Positions 29,968-37,861 of a stretch of 64,000 bases of DNA are shown here, in pieces; positions within the stretch are counted from its first letter, which is position 1, and the number at the start of each line of letters is the position of its first letter. The notes beneath the pieces are model-generated. The model was not told the origin of the DNA. It ran no database searches and saw nothing but the letters and a program-made list of their open reading frames with translations. Position numbers and translations under genes: made by a program. Origin of the DNA: Gemmatimonadales bacterium (lineage in GTDB: Bacteria; Gemmatimonadota; Gemmatimonadetes; Gemmatimonadales; GWC2-71-9); the NCBI GenBank assembly GCA_041577295.1, contig JBFGJG010000022.1:1-64000 (forward strand). Reading direction: 5' to 3'.

Positions 29968-31272
29968 CTACAGGCTCTGGAATAGCAGGCCGAGGAGCGC
30001 ACCGCCGCCGAGCACGGCAAACATGCCGACGCGAAACCGAAACACTGCGATCAGTGCCCCTGCGGCGATCACCGCGGCGCCGAGGTTGATGCTCGCGGGC
30101 GCGGGCACCCACAGGCGCGCCGCGACGAGGTCAACCCGGGTGACCTCTGCGAACACCACGTGGAGCGCAAACCAGATCGCCAAGTTCAGCACCACGCCTA
30201 CCACCGCGGCCATGATTCCATTCAGGGCCGCCTGAAGGGCACGGTGACCCCGTAGCCATTCGACGTACGGAGCGCCTGCGAAGATGAAGAGGAAACACGG
30301 TGCAAAGGTCACCCACGATGTGATCACTGCTCCGAGGGTGCCGGCAAGCAGCGGATGCATGGCTTCAGGATTGCGGAATGCAGCGAGGAACCCCACAAAC
30401 TGCACCACCATGATGAGTGGACCGGGCGTTGTCTCGGCCAGTCCAAGGCCATCCAGCATCTCGCCCGCGCTCAACCAGCCGTAGACTTCAACGGCCTGCT
30501 GCGCTACGTACGCCAGCACCGCGTACGCTCCGCCGAAAGTCACCACCGCCACCTTGCTGAAGAACGTTGCTTGTAAAACCAGGATGTGCCCGGGATCGGT
30601 AAGGGCTATCACGACGAGAATCGGAGCAAACCAGACGAGCAGCCAGAACGACACGGTCGCGATCATATGCCCGACCGGTGGCGGTGCCGCTCTGGATGGG
30701 AGAGAACTCGTCGGGGGTGCCGCACGGAGACGATGCGCGAGATATCCCAGCCCACCAGCAGCCGCCACAATGATTGGAAAGGGAACGCCGAAAAAGAAGA
30801 TGGCGATGAACGCCACTGCCGCGACCACGGAGGAGAACGATCCACGCAGCGCCCGGCTTTTGAGCCGGACCACCGCTTCCACAACTATCGCGAGAACGGC
30901 CGGCTTGAGCCCGAGGAACACGGCCGCAACGAAGCCGACGTGCTGGAACTTCGCATAGAGAACGCTGAGGCCCAGAATCGCGAGAAAGCCGGGGAGGATG
31001 AAAAGGCACCCAGCCACCAAACCCCCGCGCACACCATGTAGCAACCAACCCGTATACGTCGCCAGCTGTTGTGCTTCGGGGCCGGGCAACAACATGCAGT
31101 AGCTCAACGCATGAAGAAACCGCTCCTCACTGAGCCAGCGTTTCTCATCGACGACCACTCGGTGGAGCACCGCGATCTGTCCCGCTGGCCCACCAAAACT
31201 GTATACCGCCACCTTCGCCCACGCCTTGGTCGCATCGCGAAACGAGACCACTGGCGCGGGTCCCGGGGTCAC
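29968..31272 (-). CDS. chrA: Chromate efflux transporter (long-chain CHR)
   Basis: SFGGPAGQIA, LLPGPEAQQ, TFGGAYAVL, AETTPGPLI. Confidence 0.94.
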   Translation of the reverse strand: MTPGPAPVVSFRDATKAWAKVAVYSFGGPAGQIAVLHRVVVDEKRWLSEERFLHALSYCMLLPGPEAQQLATYTGWLLHGVRGGLVAGCLFILPGFLAILGLSVLYAKFQHVGFVAAVFLGLKPAVLAIVVEAVVRLKSRALRGSFSSVVAAVAFIAIFFFGVPFPIIVAAAGGLGYLAHRLRAAPPTSSLPSRAAPPPVGHMIATVSFWLLVWFAPILVVIALTDPGHILVLQATFFSKVAVVTFGGAYAVLAYVAQQAVEVYGWLSAGEMLDGLGLAETTPGPLIMVVQFVGFLAAFRNPEAMHPLLAGTLGAVITSWVTFAPCFLFIFAGAPYVEWLRGHRALQAALNGIMAAVVGVVLNLAIWFALHVVFAEVTRVDLVAARLWVPAPASINLGAAVIAAGALIAVFRFRVGMFAVLGGGALLGLLFQSL

Positions 31273-32225
31273 ACTGTGCGATTCCGGAGCTGAGCGTAGA
31301 AGCTGTCGAGAAAAACGGCCGCGGCCTCGATGCGGGCCTCGTCCGTCGAACGGGTGAGCGCGATGCCCTGCATCAGCGCAGCGACTCCCGCAGTCTCGGC
31401 GCGGTGGAACTTGTCGTCCTTGAGATCGATGTCGTGTACGATCTCGGCGATAGCCTGAAGCGCCTGATCGACGAGACCAAACCGCACGAGGAGTGTCTCG
31501 AACGTGCAGCGATCTCCCTCGTGAGTGTACTCACCGTCGAACATGTCGAAGCGGAGCTCACCGGGCTCTGGATCGTACCGCTTGGCGGGCACGAATTTGA
31601 ACGACGCACTCGCATCGACGAAGCGCCGGATCAACCATGCACTCGCCATGCGATCGACAAACACCCCTTCCCGTGTCACCCACACGGCGTTACGCGTTGA
31701 GGTGGTTTCTTGCCGCGACGTTCCAGCTCGTTGGTCAGGACCCGGCGGTCGGATCATCTCCGCTGCGGCGCGCAGTGCCCGTTCCGCCTCCTCCCGTCCG
31801 CGGGCCCCGAAAAAGTCGCGCCCGGCGATCTCGACCAGGCGGCGCCGCAGCCGATCGACATCGGACATCGTGACGTGGGCACCGAGGGCGCGCGCCTCAC
31901 TGGCGACGGCGGAGTACTCCTCATCGCGCGCACTGGAGAACTGCGCCTCGAGCTCGTGGTCCGTAATGCCCTCGAGTACTGCAACCGAGCTCACCGAAGC
32001 GTCCCCGCCGTCGTCTACGATTTCACGGCGAAGCCACTGGAAGTCCTCGAGCGTCTCCTCGCTGCGCGGGAGAAGGTACGCCGCTCCCTTGAGCGGGATG
32101 GCTCCGAGCCGTGCAAGCCGCCGGCGCACTTTGACGCGCAAGTAATCCGGCTTGGGAGGCAACTGATACACAAGCAGGAGCCACTGGACCGCCGGCGCGT
32201 CCGGTGATACTCTTGAATCATCCAT
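31269..32225 (-). CDS. chrB: Chromate resistance regulator ChrB
   Basis: WLLLVYQLP..P...RVKV, WVTR...VDRMASAWLIRRFVD, HEGDRCTFE, IVHDIDLKD; GTGA overlap with chrA; start uncertain. Confidence 0.88.
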   Translation of the reverse strand: MDDSRVSPDAPAVQWLLLVYQLPPKPDYLRVKVRRRLARLGAIPLKGAAYLLPRSEETLEDFQWLRREIVDDGGDASVSSVAVLEGITDHELEAQFSSARDEEYSAVASEARALGAHVTMSDVDRLRRRLVEIAGRDFFGARGREEAERALRAAAEMIRPPGPDQRAGTSRQETTSTRNAVWVTREGVFVDRMASAWLIRRFVDASASFKFVPAKRYDPEPGELRFDMFDGEYTHEGDRCTFETLLVRFGLVDQALQAIAEIVHDIDLKDDKFHRAETAGVAALMQGIALTRSTDEARIEAAAVFLDSFYAQLRNRTV

Positions 32226-32240
32226 TGATTCAAGTGTATC
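32206..32240. promoter_or_regulatory. 15-bp inverted repeat, candidate operator between divergent chrB and ocd
   Basis: GATACTCTTGAATCA-tccat-TGATTCAAGTGTATC (14/15 match), AT-rich. Confidence 0.6.
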
Positions 32241-32269
32241 TTTTTCAATCCAAGCTTGCAAGTGAGTTG

Positions 32270-33274
32270 ATGTTGGACGCTTCGACTGCTGGGACATTGG
32301 TACTCGCCCATCGCGATGTAGCAGAGCTCCTGGACCTCGAGGCATCCGCTGCGGCGGCTTACCAAGCGTTCCTTCACTATGGTCGGGGTACGGCCCAGCG
32401 GCCGGCCATGGCCGGCGTGCCCGCCAAAGACGGCGGGTTTCACATCAAGGCCGGAATCTTAGGCCTCGAGCGGCCGTATTTCGCTGCCAAGATCAACGCC
32501 AACTTCCCGCACAATCCACGGCGGTTTGGTCTGCCGACCATTCAAGGCTTCATCGGGTTATCCGACGCAGAGAATGGGTATCCACTCGCGTTGATGGACT
32601 CGATCGAGATCACCCTTCGTCGTACGGCCGCCTCCACAGCGCTCGCGGCTGAGCACCTGGCGCGCGAAGATGCGTGCTCGCTCGCCATCATCGGATGTGG
32701 TACGCAGGGACGGGCGCACATCCCCGCCCTGCGACGGGTCCGGCGTTTCAATCGGATCGTCCTGTGCGACGTCGCTCGCGCAGCGGCCGACACGTTGGCT
32801 GCTGAGCTCCGTCGTGAGCCCGAGCTCCAGGTCACAGTGGAGTCCGATCCTATCCTCGCAGCGCGGGTTGCGGATGTGCTCGTGACGTGTACGCCCTCAC
32901 GAGAGTTCCTCCTTGACCGGGCCGCTTTGCGACCAGGAATGTTTGTCGCTGGGGTTGGCGTGGACAACGAAGAAAAACGCGAGCTCGCTCCCGAGCTCCT
33001 CGCAGCGGCGACGATCGTGGTAGATGTGCTCGAGCAGTGTGTGACAATCGGCGACCTGCGCCACGCCATCGTAGCGGGCGCGCTCAAAGCAAGCGACGTC
33101 TACGCGGAGCTTGGCGAGATCGTTGCGGGGAAAAAACCAGGACGCACGAACGCGGACCAGATTTTCGTATTCGACTCCACGGGCATGGCCCTTCAGGACA
33201 CCGCCGCGGCGGCCATCGTCTACGAACGCGCTATTGAAGCGGGCATTGGAATGCGGATGACCTTACGAGAGTGA
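32270..33274 (+). CDS. Ornithine cyclodeaminase / mu-crystallin family protein
   Basis: GLPTIQG, ITLRRTAA, IIGCGTQG, ELGEIVAG, FDSTGMALQD. Confidence 0.92.
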   Translation: MLDASTAGTLVLAHRDVAELLDLEASAAAAYQAFLHYGRGTAQRPAMAGVPAKDGGFHIKAGILGLERPYFAAKINANFPHNPRRFGLPTIQGFIGLSDAENGYPLALMDSIEITLRRTAASTALAAEHLAREDACSLAIIGCGTQGRAHIPALRRVRRFNRIVLCDVARAAADTLAAELRREPELQVTVESDPILAARVADVLVTCTPSREFLLDRAALRPGMFVAGVGVDNEEKRELAPELLAAATIVVDVLEQCVTIGDLRHAIVAGALKASDVYAELGEIVAGKKPGRTNADQIFVFDSTGMALQDTAAAAIVYERAIEAGIGMRMTLRE

Positions 33275-33409
33275 GGACTAGCAGTGAGAAGCGAGGAACG
33301 TGCAAACCGAGGCGGCCAGTCCTCGGACAGCCTTCCTTTCACCGCCTTTCCAGTCTTCCCTCTCGGCCCCCGGCCCCCACTCCTCTTATTACATTACCGG
33401 ACCCATCAG

Positions 33410-33480
33410 TGGCCCCTCGTCCAACGGCAGGACGCCGGACTTTGGATCCGGAAATGAAGGTTCGAATCCTTCGGGGCCAA
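33410..33480 (+). tRNA. tRNA-Gln(TTG)
   Basis: Acceptor TGGCCCC/GGGGCCA+A, anticodon arm CCGGA-CTTTGGA-TCCGG, GGTTCGAATCC; CCA not encoded. Confidence 0.97.
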
Positions 33481-33523
33481 CTCTCCCACGTCCTTTCGGC
33501 GGGTCCAAACGCTGCGGCACCCG

Positions 33524-33991
33524 CTACCGATGGCCCTCAAACACCTTCCCCATGATTCGCCACTGCCCATCCAGCCGATACAACAGAAAGTAGTCGGTGA
33601 ACACCTGCTTGCCGTCAAAGAAGACACTAGCGCTCGCGGCCGCCGCCCCACCCTCCCGGGACAGTACGTCCACCTCGGCAGTCACCTCGTGACGCGGCGC
33701 GGTGCCCTCAGGCGGCAGCCGCTCGACCCACTCATCGATCGTTACGTGACGCACACTGTCACCCTCAGTCCGGACAAACATGTAGAACGCCGGATGAAAG
33801 CCCTCCCGCACGGCCGCCCGGCTGGAGTTCATGTGCATTCCATCGATGTAAGCACTCATGATCACGCCCCGGATCGCTTCATCGTCCGGGTTCAGGCCTG
33901 GCTGTGATAGCAACAGACTGGCGGGAAGCGCCGCGGCAACGACCGCCAGCACGGCCAACCGAATGCCCTGCGTCGGTTCTCGCGTATTCAT
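33524..33991 (-). CDS. Secreted NTF2-like (lumazine-binding-like) protein
   Basis: Signal peptide; YIDG, GFHP, FTDYFLLYRLDGQWRIMGK. Confidence 0.8.
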   Translation of the reverse strand: MNTREPTQGIRLAVLAVVAAALPASLLLSQPGLNPDDEAIRGVIMSAYIDGMHMNSSRAAVREGFHPAFYMFVRTEGDSVRHVTIDEWVERLPPEGTAPRHEVTAEVDVLSREGGAAAASASVFFDGKQVFTDYFLLYRLDGQWRIMGKVFEGHR

Positions 33992-34241
33992 CTGGACTCC
34001 TCGGATTGAAGGTCGGGGCGAAGGAAGAATCGACTGGCTGTCACAGGATGATGGCTTAGACCACTTCGAATCCGGATTGTTCCTGCCGTGACCGTGCTGC
34101 CTCGTACCGGGCCGATAATGCCCTCGTCCAATCGACGGCGCTCCGATTGACAGATCGGCCCTAACACCGCCAACGTGGAAGGAGAGGCCAGCGCCCGAAA
34201 TCGAGCATCCCGGTCAGGAGTCGCCACATCGGAGGCAGTCT

Positions 34242-34694
34242 ATGTCACCCACCACCGCAGCGCCGTCGGCCGAGTCCAAACGCACGCCAAGAAAGCAACC
34301 AGAGACTCTGCGGATCCGTGCCATTACTCCGTCCTTCACGGTCAACGATCTCAAGGCCAGCATCGCGTGGTACCGCGACATTCTAGGCTTTCTGGTCGCG
34401 GACGAGATCCGGCACGAAGGCCAGCTCGTGGGCGCCGTGATGCGCGCGGGCGCAGCCGAGCTCATCCTGGGACAAGACGATTTCGCCAAGGGGAAGGAGC
34501 GCACGAAGGGCGTGGGATTCCGGGTCAATTGCCGATCGGTGCAAGACATCGACGAGATTGCTCGGGCCGTCGAGAAACGCGGCGGTGTATTCGAGCAACC
34601 GCCCACGACCCATCCATGGGGTATTCGTGACTTCACCGTGGTAGATCCGGACGGCTACAAAATCTCCATCGGTAACTGGGAGAGTGACGAGTAG
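34242..34694 (+). CDS. VOC/glyoxalase family protein
   Basis: VNDLKASIAWYRDILGF, PWGIRDFTVVDPDGYKI; GGAGG RBS. Confidence 0.9.
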   Translation: MSPTTAAPSAESKRTPRKQPETLRIRAITPSFTVNDLKASIAWYRDILGFLVADEIRHEGQLVGAVMRAGAAELILGQDDFAKGKERTKGVGFRVNCRSVQDIDEIARAVEKRGGVFEQPPTTHPWGIRDFTVVDPDGYKISIGNWESDE

Positions 34695-34716
34695 CGGCCC
34701 AAGGTGAACGCCGCGA

Positions 34717-34742
34717 TCGCCAGGGCTCCACGGCCCTGGCGA
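34717..34742 (+). terminator. Perfect 10-bp hairpin after the VOC gene (possible terminator, no clear U-tract)
   Basis: TCGCCAGGGC-tccacg-GCCCTGGCGA. Confidence 0.4.
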
Positions 34743-34828
34743 CGGCTTCCCACCGAGTGCATCTCCGCACCCACCGTTCCCGCTCCTCCGCGCCGCACAC
34801 AGCCTCGCGACGAATCAATCCGAAAAGG

Positions 34829-34857
34829 TTGGCATCTCGGGTCCGTCTCCCTAGCAT
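34829..34857 (+). promoter_or_regulatory. Sigma70-like promoter for the glutaredoxin gene
   Basis: TTGGCA, 17 bp, TAGCAT; 29 nt before ATG 34887. Confidence 0.65.
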
Positions 34858-34886
34858 TCGCGACACACCTTCACGGGACGATCCCC

Positions 34887-35147
34887 ATGGCAACGATCCG
34901 AGTGTACACCACACCCACCTGACCCTACTGCAAGGAGGCCAAGGATTGGCTTCGAGAGCACGGGTGTGAGTTCGAGGAGCTCGACATCACGAAGGACGTC
35001 AAGCTGCTGCGCGAATGGCGTGAGCTGACCGGCGGGGCTGGAGTACCCACCATCGCACACGGCAAGGATTTCATGGTTGGATTCAACGCCGAGCGACTCG
35101 CGCAGTTTGTCGACTGCTGTCGGCACTCGAGCGATGTAGCGGCGTGA
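34887..35147 (+). CDS. Glutaredoxin-like (NrdH/YruB-type) selenoprotein, UPYC active site, 86 aa
   Basis: Manual translation MATIRVYTTPT[TGA]PYCKEAKDWLREHGCEFEELDITKD...GVPTIAHGKDFMVGFN...; TGA at codon 12 (34920-34922) replaces the first CxxC Cys. Confidence 0.88.
34920..34965 (+). promoter_or_regulatory. Candidate bacterial SECIS element
   Basis: Stem GAGGCCAA/TTGGCTTC (34935-34953) with GGA loop 20 nt after TGA; lower pairings TGC/GCA and ACCC/GGGT. Confidence 0.7.
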
Positions 35148-35175
35148 ACGCGGCAATGCAGATCCATATCCTGCC

Positions 35176-35475
35176 GTGACCGGCCCTCCCCTCGTCGAGC
35201 ACGACGAGGCTCGCGGGAGGTTCTATATCGACCTCGGCGGTAGTCAAGCGTTCCTCCGATACAGTCGTGCCGGGCCCCGCGCGCTCGATTTCACGAGCAC
35301 CTACGTCCCGGTGAAACACCGGAATCGGGGGTTGGGGGCGCGCATCGTTCGGCACGCGCTCGCCTACGCGCGAACCCACGAATTCGAGGTGATTCCCACG
35401 TGCTCGTTTGTCCGATGGGTCATGGACCGCGAGAACACCGCGGGGCGCGCGGGACCAGACGAGACGCCCCCGTAG
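35176..35475 (+). CDS. Small GNAT (YjdJ-like, CG-type) acetyltransferase
   Basis: STYVPVKHRNRGLG, VIPTCSFV. Confidence 0.87.
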   Translation: MTGPPLVEHDEARGRFYIDLGGSQAFLRYSRAGPRALDFTSTYVPVKHRNRGLGARIVRHALAYARTHEFEVIPTCSFVRWVMDRENTAGRAGPDETPP

Positions 35476-35505
35476 CGGGGCACTGGTCGCCTCCATCCGG
35501 GTCAC

Positions 35506-35534
35506 TTGGCTTACTCCTTTCCCCTGACTACCTT
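35506..35534 (+). promoter_or_regulatory. Sigma70-like promoter immediately before prs
   Basis: TTGGCT, 17 bp, TACCTT; 11 nt before ATG 35546. Confidence 0.5.
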
Positions 35535-35545
35535 GTGTGGCTCCC

Positions 35546-36499
35546 ATGGCTGAGATCTCGCTTCGGAGCAGCAAGATGCTGCTCATGTCGGGCACCGCAA
35601 ATCGTCCTCTCGCCGAGGCGATTGCGAAGCACGTGAGTCAGCCGCTGTGTCGCGTGACGATCCGGCGGTTTGCCGATGGTGAGATCTTCGTGAAGATCGA
35701 CGAGAATGTGCGGGGCCAGGACGTCTACATCGTCCAGTCCACCAATCCGCCGGCGGAAAACATCGTCGAGCTGCTGATTCTGATCGATGCCGCCAAGCGA
35801 GCGAGCGCGGCACGCGTCACGGCCGTGATCCCGTATTTCGGGTACGCCAGACAGGATCGGAAAGACCAGCCGCGGGTGGCGATTTCGGCCAAGCTGATGG
35901 CGAACGTGATCACGACCGCGGGAGCCGATCGTGTATTGGCGATCGATTTCCACCAGCATCAGCTGCAGGGGTTTTTCGACATCCCGGTGGATCACCTCTA
36001 CGCCGCACCGGTCCTGGTCCAGCACTACCGGCAGAAGCAGATGCACCAACCGGTGGTGGTGGCCCCTGATGTCGGAGCGGCGAAGATGGCCCGAGGATTT
36101 GCCAAGCGCCTAGAGGCATCGCTGGCCATCATCGACAAGCGGCGACCGTCGGCCAATGTCGCCGAGGTCGTGAATGTTGTGGGCGAAGTGGAAGGACGCG
36201 ACTGTCTGATCGTGGACGACCTGATCGATACCGCGGGGACGATGGCGGAAGGCGTCATGGCACTCAACCGGCTTGGTGCCCGGCGGGTCTTTTGCTGCGC
36301 CACGCACGCCCTGCTGTCGGGGCCAGCGGTGGACCGGCTGTGCGCCGCACCCGTCAGCGAGGTCGCAGTCACGGACACGATCAACATCCCCAAGGAGCGG
36401 TGCTTCGATCGGCTGAAGGTGCTCTCGATCGCGGCGCTCTTAGCGCAGGCAATCCGGTTCACCCACAGCGATCAATCGGTCAGTTCTTTGTTTGATTGA
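35546..36499 (+). CDS. prs: Ribose-phosphate pyrophosphokinase
   Basis: FADGEI, PYFGYARQDRK, VDDLIDTAGT. Confidence 0.97.
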   Translation: MAEISLRSSKMLLMSGTANRPLAEAIAKHVSQPLCRVTIRRFADGEIFVKIDENVRGQDVYIVQSTNPPAENIVELLILIDAAKRASAARVTAVIPYFGYARQDRKDQPRVAISAKLMANVITTAGADRVLAIDFHQHQLQGFFDIPVDHLYAAPVLVQHYRQKQMHQPVVVAPDVGAAKMARGFAKRLEASLAIIDKRRPSANVAEVVNVVGEVEGRDCLIVDDLIDTAGTMAEGVMALNRLGARRVFCCATHALLSGPAVDRLCAAPVSEVAVTDTINIPKERCFDRLKVLSIAALLAQAIRFTHSDQSVSSLFD

Positions 36500-36610
36500 G
36501 TACGGCGGGATCGTCGAAATCGTGAAAGAGGGCGGGGAGGCAGAAGAGATAGACCAGATACGGTGACGCACGAAATCTCGCGTCATCACGTCAGCATCGA
36601 GGAAGGAAAC

Positions 36611-37276
36611 ATGGCGCAGACAGTTTTGCTCACGGCCGAGAGCCGGAATGATAAAGGCAAGGGCGCAGCACGAAAGCTGCGGAGTCAGGGACGAATTCCC
36701 GCCGTGATCTATGGACACGGTCGCGATCCCGCCGCACTCAGTGTGTCGTCGATGGAGCTCGACAGGGCCCTGCAGGGCATTTCCGCAGAATCCACGGTGA
36801 TCGATCTGAGCGTCGATGGCGCGGGAGTACAGGTGTTGATCCGCGAGATCCAACGCCATCCTACTCGAAAAAACATTACGCACGTCGATTTCTACGAGAT
36901 CCATGCGGGCGAGATGATCACCGTGGACGTTCCCCTCCGTTTGGTGGGATCACCCGAGGGCGTACGCAACCAGGGTGGCGTGCTCGAGCAGTTCCTCCGC
37001 GAGCTGGAGATCGAGGTGCTCCCCAAGGACATCCCCGATCACATCGACGTCGATGTCACCGACCTCGGCATCGCGCAATCACTCCACGTGTCGGACGTCT
37101 CGGTGCCAGACGCCAAAATTCTGAGCGATCCTGGGCAGACGATCTGCACAGTGGTGCCCCCGCGGGTCGAGGAGGCGCCGCCCACCGAGGTCGTCGTGGA
37201 AGAGGAAGCTGGCGAACCCGAACTCATCCGCAAGGCAAAGGCCGAGGAAGAGGCCGAAGAGGAGCCGGAGGACTAA
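36611..37276 (+). CDS. rplY: 50S ribosomal protein L25/Ctc (long form)
   Basis: GKGAARKLR, IPAVIYG, HVDF, acidic tail; GGAAGG RBS before ATG 36611. Confidence 0.95.
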   Translation: MAQTVLLTAESRNDKGKGAARKLRSQGRIPAVIYGHGRDPAALSVSSMELDRALQGISAESTVIDLSVDGAGVQVLIREIQRHPTRKNITHVDFYEIHAGEMITVDVPLRLVGSPEGVRNQGGVLEQFLRELEIEVLPKDIPDHIDVDVTDLGIAQSLHVSDVSVPDAKILSDPGQTICTVVPPRVEEAPPTEVVVEEEAGEPELIRKAKAEEEAEEEPED

Positions 37277-37279
37277 ACG

Positions 37280-37861
37280 CTGCGCGCAGTGGTCGCCCTC
37301 GGCAACCCCGGGTCCGCGTACGCCAAGACCCGACACAATGCAGGGTTCATGGTGGGTGACGCACTGGCGCAGCGGTGGGAAATGCCACGATTCCACCGGT
37401 CCGGTCCGGCGCTGGTGACGCATGGGTCCGTGGCTGGTCTAACGGTGCTCCTGGTGAAGCCGCAGACCTATATGAACCTCTCGGGACGCGCGATCCGGCC
37501 GCTGCTGCGTGAACCTGGATTCGCCCCCGACAGTGATCTCCTGGTACTGGTCGACGACAAGGCGCTGCCGCTCGGATCTTTTCGCCTCCGTGCGCAAGGA
37601 TCCGCCGGCGGACACCGCGGTCTCGAAAGCGTCGAGGAGGCCCTCGGCTCGCGGGATTATGCTCGGCTGCGCATCGGCGTCGGCCCACTGCCCGACGATG
37701 TGGACGACTGGTCTGACTTCGTACTCGCTCCGTTTCGACCGGATGAGTTGACGGTGATCGAAGACTTACTGCCCACACTCGGCGAGGCTGTCGAGTGTTG
37801 GCTCGATGAGGGAATTCACACGGCCATGAACCGGTTCAACCGACGAGGAATTGCAGAGTGA
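37280..37861 (+). CDS. pth: Peptidyl-tRNA hydrolase (probable CTG start)
   Basis: [38 protein letters not shown]. Confidence 0.95.
   Translation: MRAVVALGNPGSAYAKTRHNAGFMVGDALAQRWEMPRFHRSGPALVTHGSVAGLTVLLVKPQTYMNLSGRAIRPLLREPGFAPDSDLLVLVDDKALPLGSFRLRAQGSAGGHRGLESVEEALGSRDYARLRIGVGPLPDDVDDWSDFVLAPFRPDELTVIEDLLPTLGEAVECWLDEGIHTAMNRFNRRGIAE

Noticed and set aside
34887..35147. Glutaredoxin pseudogene interpretation
   Set aside because: The only lesion is a TGA at the catalytic Cys, with intact frame, promoter and SECIS-like hairpin; Sec is more parsimonious, pending a check for sel genes
33410..35545. tRNA-Gln as att site of an integrative element
   Set aside because: No integrase and no duplicated tRNA 3' end seen before prs
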